This document shows, piece after piece, positions 12,381 to 22,699 of a stretch of 64,000 bases of DNA (positions are counted from its first letter, which is position 1; the number at the start of each line of letters is the position of its first letter). The notes below the pieces were generated by a model. The model was given only the letters and a program-made list of their open reading frames with translations, did not search any database and was not told the origin of the DNA. The stretch lies in contig NC_092371.1 of the NCBI RefSeq assembly GCF_030028105.1, positions 13,723,884 through 13,787,883 on the forward strand, given 5' to 3'. Position numbers and translations under genes: made by a program. The stretch comes from Mobula birostris (Eukaryota).

Positions 12381-12643
12381 CTGATTTTGTATGTCTCTAT
12401 CTAATCTTCAATGTTCTAAGGTCTATAATTACAGTTCCTGACCCACACAGATGTAATGCTACTACTGCTCACACCTATTTGTAAGTGGTCCCTTGCAATG
12501 TTGTAATAAAGTCAAAGATATGACTGCAGAACACTGTCATACCCTCCATCTGGGCACATTGATGCCTTCATTATTGCTTAAGAAAATCTGCCATGTAGAG
12601 CTCAATAACAGAGGCAATATACACATTTACCATCTCCCTATAG

Positions 12644-12975
12644 ATAATAGATATAGCCTTTCCAAATACACATAACATACAGAAATCAATACATGCAAAA
12701 CACCAGAAATATGCAGAACTAAAAGAGAAAATTGAAAGACTATGGAACATAAACATGGTATACATTGTCCCAGTAGTAATATCTACCACTAGTATCATCC
12801 CAAAGTCATTACACAATAGCATTACACAATTAGGTCTATACAGCAATATTTATGTAACTGTCCCAATACTAAACACCATTGGAATAGTCCTAAACTGAGA
12901 AATGAGTGAGCTTAGCTATGCCTGTACCTCAGGTTTTACCAGCTTAAACTGAAGACAAAAATATAATAATTATTA
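12644..12975 (+). mobile_element. Dong/R4 (Rex6-like) non-LTR retrotransposon 3' end, restriction-like endonuclease region
   Basis: Translates IDIAFPNTHNIQKSIHAKHQKYAELKEKIERLWNINMVYIVPVVIS; TAA-rich tail. Confidence 0.7.
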
Positions 12976-12979
12976 AATA

Positions 12980-13620
12980 TATAAACAGTACTGAGAACAT
13001 GAGTCGTAGAGTCATTGAAAGTGAATCCATAGCTGTGTTCAAATATCAGATGTCCATGCTTGTTCAAGAGCCTGATAGTTGAAGGGTAACTGTTTCTGAA
13101 CCTGGTGGTTTGGGACCCAAGGCTCCTGTACCTTCTTCCTGGTGGTAGCAGCGAGAAGACAACATGGCCTGGATGGTGGAAGATCCTGGTCATTGGATGC
13201 TGCTTTCTTGTGGCAGCAGTCCCGGTAAGCGTGCTCAATGGTGGGGAGAACTTTATCTGCACTGTATCCACTACTTTTTTTGCAGACTTTCCCATTCTTG
13301 AGCATTGGTGTTTCCGTATAGATTGTGATACAACCAGTTGGGATACTCTCCACTGAGCATCTATAGAGTTTTAGACGACATTCTGAATCTGTTCAAGCTT
13401 CTCAAGGAAGTGGAGACACTGCCATGCTTTCTTTGAAATGACACTTGCGCATTGATCCTCCTACATGATAACACTCAGGAATTTAAAGCTACTGACCCTC
13501 TCCACTTCCAATCCCCTAATGAGAACCAGCTTGTGATTTTCTGATGTTGAATGAAATGTTGTTGTTGCACTATTCAGCCAGACTTTAATCTGCCTTCTAT
13601 ATGATTCAAACCAGAATAAC
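12980..13620 (-). mobile_element. Rex1/Babar-type LINE fragment
   Basis: ERVSSFKFL, HPGHVVFSLLPPGRRYRS motifs. Confidence 0.75.
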
Positions 13621-13719
13621 TTCCTGACTGAAACCTGGAAATGGTGGAACACTCAGTAGGGACCTGTGGGATGAGAGTTTCCTGTTCCCTTCCCCACAAA
13701 TTCTGCCCAACCTCACATT

Positions 13720-16250
13720 ACATTTCTTCTTCTTTCTTTTGACTTTTAATGGTGGTTGGCAGCCCAACTTGAGGGTACAGTACTGCCGTGGAGTCTGGTG
13801 TAGAGAATTGGGAAATAAACCCTTTCTATTTCACTTTCAAATGAAAGCTGAGTTACCCCAAGAAGCCCTATAAATTGTAAGTAATGAAAGATGATACTGA
13901 GATAAATTAAAATCACTCCTATAACTTAATAACTTTTAAAAATGAAAACTATCAACTCCCAAAGATCGTAATGAAGCCTGCATTTGATTTCTTTCAATGT
14001 TATATGCTTCAGACTGTAATAATATGTTCAACTATTTCATAATGACAACAAAATCTACACAACCCAGGTAATGTTTTCCAAGATACAGTACAAGGGGTAA
14101 TTAATCATAGTATGCCAAATTCTAAATAGTGTCAAAATAATTCCTTCACTTCTTGTTCCCTCCTCCCATAAACATAACAAAAAGGAAAGGTATGTCACAT
14201 CTGGAGTTCCTTCGGTTAGCGGACAATTTCCCTCCACGCCTCTCTGACGTAGTGGGGAACCGCGTACGAGGCAAGTGACAGCAGTGGTTTGCCATTGCCT
14301 TCTGCCGGGTGAGTTTCCAAAGAGATCAGCAGCTCGTAACCCAGCACAGATGGAAACCGTGCGGGGGAGCCGGCTGGATTCGAACAGCTGGGTCCATAAA
14401 CCCAACAGTTTTGTGTATCCATAAATGTGTCTCCCCTTCTGCCCATTATCCCACAAGACTTTCCATAACCTCTTAATTTTTAACCCTACCAACCCCTTAG
14501 CTTCTGATTTGCTAACTTGAAGGTCTATATCCACTGTTAAACTTTTAACCTTCCCCTCAACACCCCTATGTTTAAGGACCCATAATAAGCAAACATATAC
14601 TTTGTATATAACATAACTTTTGATGAGCTTCCAACAGTAAATCTGACTTGTTGCTAGAATGACCCATTTTCAGACTCATCAAAACTGAAAAGGAATCTGA
14701 ACAAATCACAACATTACATGGACAAACTTCCTCTAGCCGCTGTGAGCCTAAAATGATGGCAACCAATTTTGCTGTATATACTGATAAATGGTTAGTATGT
14801 AGTTTCTTTAATGTTACTTGTAATTCAGGCACAAAAACAGCCACGCCAACATTCCAAGTTAAGTAATCTTATGATCCTTCTGTAAAAAATGGTTAACATA
14901 TCTTGATAATTTACCTTAACATATCGATGAACCAACAGACTCTCGGGCATAACAGAATCCATCGTTAAATCATGGAACCTAAAATCAATTAAAGTCATTG
15001 GAAAAAACAATGTGGGGTTACTGAGGAAGTACAGTAGGTACGATATATTGTATAGTCCAACAAACCCATATTTGATGATATGGGTTTGTTGGATTATGTA
15101 ATATAGCTAATATAACACAGAATGATGAACCGAAACGAAAAACACTCTTCTTGTGATGTTCTCAACAGTTCTCCAACACACCTTTTAGCAGGATGATAAT
15201 TTCATTGACCCCTCAGATTAATCCAGTATGTTAACATCAAACACAACCTCTGCAAATTGTAAGGGTAAAGCCAAAACACGGGGATGACCTTATTGCACCA
15301 TAACGCAATCTTAAAACCTGCGCTTGTATCTCAACCAAACATTTTAAAGTTGAAGATGAGGTTGATCTATAAGCCACACAGCTATAATCAAGAACAGATC
15401 AAATTAAACAAATATAAATGGTCAACAAAGATTTTTATGTAGTACCCCAAGAACACCCGCATAGACACCTGGGAACATTTAATGCTCTTTTACATATATC
15501 AACTGTTTAACTGATATAGTGCTTCCATGTCAGCTAATTATCCATCCAGATATCTGGAAACCTTACCAGAGTTTGGCCATATAATTTCAAATCAAGTGCG
15601 GGTTTATTAATCCTTTTCGTAAAACTCAGAACTTGAGTTTCAGCCACTGAAAGCTTATATCCCATCTATTTGCCCACTGATCAACCTTATTAATCACTAA
15701 CTGCATCCTATATACAGTAATATTGATATTTTTCCCTCTAATCCCTAAAACTCCATCATCTGCAGATAGTGTTTTACCCATCCTTAGTACCTATCTCAGA
15801 GAAAATATAATTAATCGTAATTTTAAATAATAAAGGGCTACAAACCCTCAGATTCATACACATAAAATCTACATCAATAATACTATCATTGCTAACTTCC
15901 AACACAGCAGGATATTCTTTTAGAAACTTATCCCTACATTATTTAACCTCTTCATTTAAATGATCTTGATTATGAATTGCAGCAAATGACCTAGCCAGTA
16001 ACTCAGCCTTCTCTATTTCAGTAAAACAACAGCTGTACTTTTTTTCCCTAGATGCTGCCTGACCTGCAGAGTTCCTCCAGCATTTTGTGTGTGTGTTGCT
16101 CAGATTTCCAGCATCTGCAGATTTTCTCTCATTTGATATTTCAATAACCATCATTTTACCTTCAGCAATCGATACTGGAATAATATTATCCCCACAAATC
16201 TCCACCCCACATTCCCCAAATATCTTCAAATTTAATATCCCTTCCAGTAT
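13720..16250 (-). mobile_element. Degenerate RNase H-containing LINE (I/Nimb clade-like)
   Basis: RNase H motif SVYTAKLVAIILG...VVICSDSFS (14572-14844), RT remnants, EKAELLARSF. Confidence 0.7.
14180..14390 (-). mobile_element. SINE with tRNA B-box and RTE-like segment, nested in the LINE
   Basis: GGATTCGAAC (reverse B-box) at 14376; GCAGTGGTTTGCCATTGCCTTC at 14281; ACCTTTCCTTTT tail on minus strand. Confidence 0.55.
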
Positions 16251-16254
16251 TATT

Positions 16255-16955
16255 ACAGAGGGATCTTAGGGTCTGAGTCCATAGGACACTCAAAGCTGCT
16301 ACGCAGGTTGACTCTGTGGTTAAGAAGGCATACGGTGCATTGGCCTTCATCAATCGTGGGATTGAGTTTAGGAGCTGAAAGGTAATGTTACAGCTATATA
16401 GGACCCTGGTCAGACCCCACTCGGAGCACTGTGCTCAGTTCTGGTTGCCTCACTACAGGAAGGATGTGGAAACCATACAAAGGTTGCAGAGGGGATTTAC
16501 GTGGATGCTGACTGGATTGGCGAGCAAGACTTATGAGAATAGATTGAGTGAACTCAGCCTTTTCTCCTTGGAGCGACAGAGGATGAGAGGTGACCTGATA
16601 GAGGCGAATAAGATAATGAGAGGCATTGATCATGTGGATAGTCAGAGGCTTTTTCCCCAAGGCTGAGATGGCTAGCACGAGAGGGCACAGTATTAAGGTG
16701 CTTGGACGTAGGTACAGAGGAGATGTCAGGGGTAAGTTTTTTTACACAGAGAGTGGTGAGTGCATGGAATGAGCTGCTGGTGACGTTGGTGGAGGCGGAA
16801 ACGATAGAGTCTTTTAAAAGACTCATGGATATGTACATGGAGCTTAGAAAAATAGAGGGCTATGGGTAACCCGAGGTAATTTCTAAGGTAAGGACATGTT
16901 CAGCACAGCTTTGTGGGCCAAAGGGCCCGTGTTCTGCAGTAGATTTTCTATGTTT
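16255..16955 (+). mobile_element. CR1 LINE 3' end
   Basis: LYRTLVRPHSEHCAQFWLPHYRKDVE, RGDLIE motifs. Confidence 0.85.
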
Positions 16956-17189
16956 CCACAGTATTGCCTTTTATTTGCAATCTTCACCACAGCCTGTGCC
17001 CTTTGATACTTAATAAGGTCACTCAGAGAGCAATACTTTCCTAAATGTCTTATTTCTCTCCCTGATTGCCTGTCCAGTCCACCATGGTACATCCTTTTTC
17101 CAACTGATGCTATTTCTTGCATTACATTACTGCCACTTTCTCTTTTTATCTCAGATTTCTGGCATCTGCAACTAATTTTTCTTTGTTGC

Positions 17190-17498
17190 CTGTGCGGGGC
17201 GGAGTCTGAGCTCCTTCACCCCCCACAATGCCCTGCGGTTGGAGCGCGCACTCGCTCACGACCAACGGGCTGCACGAGGCCGCCGCGCAAACCGGCGCGA
17301 GCCGGAGGCGGATCCTTTTCCCGTTTGGCCAATGGCACAACGCCGGCCCGAGGAGATCGGAAAAGCTGATTGGCGGGTTGGGAGCACCGGCAGCACGCTA
17401 TTGGTCGAGGTGGCGTGTCTATCAGGCGAGGCGGCGGGGGGGAGCAGGGTAGCGTGCACGGCGGCCGGCGCAGAAGGTTCCAGCAAGAGGCGGCGGAG
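17190..17498 (+). promoter_or_regulatory. CCT3 CpG-island promoter with three CCAAT boxes (17329, 17369, 17400), GC boxes and a heat-shock element-like site (17472-17486)
   Basis: CpG-dense; CCAAT/ATTGG motifs spaced 31-40 bp; aGAAggTTCcaGCAa. Confidence 0.75.
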
Positions 17499-17526
17499 AT
17501 GTTGGGGAGGCAGGTGCTGGTGTTGA
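17499..17526 (+). CDS. CCT3: CCT3 (TCP1-gamma) exon 1, MLGRQVLVL(S)
   Basis: ATG in CpG island; GTAAGT donor at 17527; matches CCT3 N-terminus MMGHRPVLVLS. Confidence 0.92.
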
Positions 17527-17702
17527 GTAAGTGTCGGGGCTGTGGGAACGGCGATGGGTTTCGGAGGGAGCGTGGTCCGGAGTGTAGGGTCTCGGTCCGG
17601 CCGGCGGTATCAGAGGCTCTGGGATGTGGCGTTGGCGAGGCCCGAGGCCTGTGACCTGGCGTGTGTGTCTCACCAGTTCTCCAATCTCTTTCCCCCCCGC
17701 AG

Positions 17703-17764
17703 GTCAGAACGTGAAGCGGGAATCGGGCCGCAAGGTGCAGCAGGGGAACATCAGTGCGGCCAAG
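17703..17764 (+). CDS. CCT3: CCT3 exon 2, QNVKRESGRKVQQGNISAAK
   Basis: CAG acceptor, GTGAGG donor, 62 nt, phase consistent. Confidence 0.95.
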
Positions 17765-17896
17765 GTGAGGGGTGGGAGTAGGTATGGGGAACAGGGAGGT
17801 GGGAAGGGAGTGGAGTATCAGGGTGGGTAAAGTTAGGGTCTGGGTGGGGGTAGGTACTAATGAAGTGGGTGCTAACGGGTGGGATTGGGTACTTGT

Positions 17897-18160
17897 GCAG
17901 TGCGTCCTATCACCCAAAGGTGGGGTTGGATACTGATGCAGTGGGTCCTGTCACCCAAAGGTGGGGCTGGATACTGATGCAGTGGGTCCCATCACCCAAA
18001 GGTGGGGCAGGATACTGATGCAGTGGGTTTGTCACCCAAAGGTGGGGCTGGATACTGGCCCAGTGGGTCCCGTCACCCAAAGGCGGGGCTGGATACTGAC
18101 CTAGTGGGTCCTGACTCCTGTGGGTAGGGCTAACTATTGATGCAGTGGGTCCAGTCACCT
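17897..18160. repeat. ~41-bp minisatellite in CCT3 intron 2, ~5-6 copies
   Basis: TCACCCAAAGGTGGGGCTGGATACTGATGCAGTGGGTCC units at 17910, 17951, 17992, 18032, 18073. Confidence 0.9.
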
Positions 18161-18929
18161 ATGGATGGGACTATATATTGAGTCAGTGGTCCTGTGTGGT
18201 TGGGATTATGCCTGTTGGTGAGTTGAGAAATTAACGTCTTTCAGTGGGAGAGGGTTGGGGGTGTTTTGTGAGTGATTGTGGAAATGTCACTTCCTCAGAC
18301 CCCACTGACCAACAACCCACTGGTTGCATTATGCTGATGCTAATTTATTTTCCCTAAATTCTCATCAATCCCCTGATTCTTTCTTCTCTCTTCTCCTTCC
18401 ACCACCCCCCCCTCGGCTTACCCCAGATTCTGCCCCTTACTTACATGCCTGGACAATTTGCCTCTAGTTGATTCTTATTTTGCTCAGAGCTTCAGCGTGG
18501 AACAGGCTGTTTCAGGCTGAAGAGCTGTGCTGCCCACCAACCTGCCAATCTAACACTAGCCTAATCACAGTTAATAATGAACAATTAACCTACTAACCAG
18601 TACGTCTTTGGGCTGTGGGAGGAAACCGGAGCACCCATGTGTATGCAGAAAGAATGTACAAACTTTCTTAGAGGATGCTGAGTTTGGGGTGTGAGCTCTG
18701 AACTCTGAAGCTGTAATTGCATTGCACTAATTGCCACACAACCATGGTGTGTGCCATTGCAAAGAAGGAAATCTACCAGATGCCTGCATGTGATGCCTGT
18801 GTGTTACAGGAATATTATGCAAGGAATAGCTAGGGTGTGTTGGTGGGTGTGAAGTTGTACACCAGTGTAGTGGTTACTGGATCTGTGGTTATATGTATTG
18901 TACATCACCTGATTCCTTTGATTTTTCAG

Positions 18930-18980
18930 ACTATTGCAGATGTTATTCGAACATGCTTGGGACCAAGAGCTATGATGAAG
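18930..18980 (+). CDS. CCT3: CCT3 exon 3, TIADVIRTCLGPRAMMK
   Basis: TTTCAG/GTATGT; chaperonin LGP motif. Confidence 0.96.
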
Positions 18981-19346
18981 GTATGTTGTGTTCAGACTTT
19001 GTCTAAGCTGTATGTTTTGTTTATGGATGTAGTCTTATAAAGCACAGGCAGGAATAAGAATACTTGCTTAGTAGAAAGACGGATTAATGGAATAAGCTGA
19101 CAGAGTTGTCATCCACACTTTCATTGCCATGTTATTCTTGACAAATTGTTAGTCCTGTGTGCTGTCAGCTAACTGATTCGAGATCTGGGCCTTGACATTC
19201 TGACCTCAGGCCAGTGATCCTTTGGCTTCCTTGGACAGAATAGTGCTGAAAGGCCCACCAGCAACTCTTCAGCCATGTCCTCACTTATGAGGGAACTGAG
19301 AATGTGGTTTCATGTTGAAGTTAATACTGTGACTCTGTTTCCCCAG

Positions 19347-19409
19347 ATGTTGCTGGATCCTATGGGTGGCATCGTTATGACAAATGATGGCAATGCCATT
19401 CTGCGAGAG
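19347..19409 (+). CDS. CCT3: CCT3 exon 4, MLLDPMGGIVMTNDGNAILRE
   Basis: CCCCAG/GTAGGT; TNDG motif. Confidence 0.97.
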
Positions 19410-20529
19410 GTAGGTCCGATCTGCCTGTCAACGGAGAAACTCGTTTGTTTCACTTTTCCTGATGTGTGTTGCACACCAACCACAATGACCTGTTCTGTGA
19501 TGTGGAACATCACCAAAGAGAATCGTACAACATGGAAACAGGCCCTTTGACCCACTGGCCACCCATTTACACTAATCCATTAAAAACAATTCTCCCCACA
19601 TTCCCATTGTCTGGCCCCACCCCGACCCAGAATCTCCCCTTTACCCACATATGGTCAATTTAAGGCAGTTAATTAACCTAACAGCACGTTGAGGGAGGAA
19701 TATGGAGCTCCTGGGGGTGGGGGAGGAACCCATATTGCTGTGAGGTTGGGGATTATTGGTACATGGACGGCACTAGGAATCTGGATCAGGCACTGAGTCA
19801 CTGAAGCCGTGAGACAGCGGTAATACCCACTGCACCACTGAACTACTGGTAAGTTCCCAGTTAGTTTACTTCAATATGCCATAGTGGGACAGCAAGACAG
19901 TAGAGTAGCATAGCGGTTAGTGTAACACTATCACAGTATCAGTGACCCTGGTTCATGTCCAGCTACGCTGTAAAGGCTTGTGGGTATGTTCTACCCTGAA
20001 CCATGTGGGTTTCCTCCGGATGTACCAGTTTCCTCCCACGTTCCAAAGATGTGCGGGTTCGAGGGTTAATTAGTTGAGTAGGTGTAATTGGGCAGGAAGG
20101 GCCTGTTACTGTGTTGTATCTCTAAATAAATAGTCTCTGGAACAGTTGGCACATAATACTGCAGCTTCACCAGAAATGAGTGGGAATTGTGGATCAACAC
20201 TGAGATCCCTCTGGTCAGTGGAGTACACACAGTTCCGCTTTATCCACTCTGCCCTGACACCCCACTGTGCTGCTCCCATTGTACAGCATCCACCCTGCTG
20301 CTGCTGGGTGATAGTTTAGAGTTGAATGAACATTTCCCTGAAGCTCCTCCCAGCTCCACTATGCCAGCCTAGCGCGCAGTAGGTACCTCGGAGGTGAGAA
20401 TATCGGTTTGATTGCATGGCCTTCCTTCCCAATTGATTACGGGTTCTGTGTGAGCAGCATCATTAAAGGTCTCCTACTCCCCTCTGCTCTGTTTGATGGC
20501 TTAGCCGACCCGACCCACTTTTTGATCTC

Positions 20530-22125
20530 TCAAAGGTGGAGGTGTAGCTAGTGTTGAGGAAGCAGTGAATCTACAGAAGGACTTGGATGGAGGGGGGTAA
20601 TCTATTTGAAACCCATGGAATATTGAAAGGTTGAGAGAGAGTGGATGTGGAGAGGATGGGTTCTATATTGGGGGAGTCTAGGACCAGTGGGCACAGCCTC
20701 AGAACAGAGGGATGTCCCTTTAGAACAGAGGTGGTGGAATTTCTTTAGCCAGAGGTTGAGGAATCTGTAGAATTTATTGTTACAGACGGCTGTGGAGGCC
20801 AAGTGATTGGGTATATTTAAAGTGAAAGTTGATAGGTTCTTGATTAGTAAGGGTGTTGAAGGTTCCTGGGAGAAGACAAGAATGAACTTGAGGGATAAAT
20901 TAATTGCTAATTAACCAAACTAATTTGGCAGGGGAATGGAAAATTGTGATAGGGCTCACAATGGAACAGAAGATGTACAAACAGAAGCAGTGTGTAGTGT
21001 GACTGTCTCGAAGGACAGGCAGATAATAGGGCAGTGGGATGAGTTATACCTGTAATGGGAACAAAATAAAAAAGGTTAATAAATATGCAACTGAAGATGT
21101 TATATTTGAATGTGCGGAGTAATTAGAATAAGTTAGATGATCTTGTAGTGCAGTTAGAGATTGCTAGGTTGGACACTTTGGGCATCATTGAGTCGTGGCT
21201 GAAAGAAGATTATAGTTGGAAGTTTAACATCCAAGGACACACATTGTGAAAGAACAGGCAGAAGGGATCACATGGCTCTCTGTTAGTTTTAAAAAAAAAA
21301 GAAAACAAATCTTTAGAGGTGACATAATGATCAGAATATGTAGAACTGTTGTGGGTAGAGTTAAGGAACTACAATGGTGCAAAAACACTGATGGAAGTTA
21401 TATACAGACCTCTGAACAGTAGCTAGGATGTGGGCTACAAATTACAATGGAAGACAGAAAAGGCATGTCAAAAGGGCAATGTTACTATAGTAATGAGGCT
21501 TTCAATATGCAGCTAGATTGGGAAAATCATGTTTGTTCTGATTTTTGAATCCCAAGGGAGAATTTGTAGAATGCCTATGAAATGGCTTTTTAGAGCAGCT
21601 TGTGGTTGAGCGCACTAGGGGATCAGCTATTTTGGGTTGGGTGTTGTATAAGGCACTGAAGAGGCCTCACTTGGAGTATTGTGAGCAATTTTGGGCCCCT
21701 TGTCTAGGAAAGGATATGCTAGCGTTGGATAGGGTTCAGGAGAGTGATTCCAGGAATGAAAGGGTTATCATATGAAGGAGTTCTTGGTGTCTTTGGGATG
21801 TCCAGTTAGTCAGAGATGAGGAATTTCTATAGCCAGAGGGTAATGAATCTGTGGAATTCATTACCACAGATAGCTGTGGAGGCCAAGTTATTGGGTATAT
21901 TCAAAATGGAAGTTGATGGGTTCTTTCAGTCACCATGAAAAGTTGCGGGGCAGAGGCAGGCAAATTGGATTGAGAGGGAAATGGATCAGCTGTGATCCAA
22001 TAGCACAGCAGGCTCAATGGACTGAATGGCCTAACTCTGCTATTTCTAATGGTCTCTGGTCTAAATAAGCCTTGGTGGAATGGAGGAATAGACTCGGTGG
22101 GCTGAATGGTCTAATTTCACTTTTG
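20530..22125 (+). mobile_element. Cluster of CR1 fragments (endonuclease and 3' ends)
   Basis: GIIESWLKE-type APE remnants and CR1 3' UTR similarity. Confidence 0.7.
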
Positions 22126-22141
22126 TTTTATGGTATCTCAG

Positions 22142-22238
22142 ATCCAGGTGCAGCACCCAGCAGCCAAGTCCATGATTGAAATCAGTCGCACCCAAGATGA
22201 AGAAGTTGGCGATGGGACCACCTCTGTCATCATCCTCA
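22142..22238 (+). CDS. CCT3: CCT3 exon 5, IQVQHPAAKSMIEISRTQDEEVGDGTTSVIIL
   Basis: CTCAG/GTATGT; GDGTT ATP-binding motif; 97 nt. Confidence 0.97.
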
Positions 22239-22699
22239 GTATGTAGAATGCTCTGGGGACTTGGGACTTCTGACTTTAATTGCACTAAAATGGGCTTCTG
22301 CTTGGCTATTGGATTTGTGGTGCATGTGCAGGGTCCAATAAAGATTGTGCTGGATCGAATCGAGATTCTGCCTTTGCAGAGTTGCATTATTTGTCAGTGA
22401 CGACCAGAGAGGGAGGTCCCATTGGTCATGCTCCATCAACCTCAATTCATTTGCTGGTATTAGACTTTCCATGGTTGGAAAAAGACTTGGGTGAAACATT
22501 GTGAGCTTAGACTGTTGGCCACACAATGTGATAATGGAGGAGTTTGAATTGTACCCCTAGAGCAGGGGTTCCCAGCCTAGGGATCATGGACCCCTCAGTT
22601 AATGCTAAGGTTCCAGGGGAACCCTTTGTTAGAATGGCCTGCTGGTCTTATTACAGAGATCTGAAACATGTTGTAGAGTCATAGAAAAATACAGGAGAG

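Noticed and set aside
17216-17917. 233-aa minus-strand ORF over the CCT3 promoter (possible divergent gene such as TSACC)
   Set aside because: Pro/Arg-rich antisense ORF typical of GC-rich islands; no recognisable homology
22430-22530. H/ACA snoRNA candidate in CCT3 intron 5 (AAAAGA H-like box, ACA)
   Set aside because: Hairpins are weak and the boxes are too short to be significant without covariance evidence
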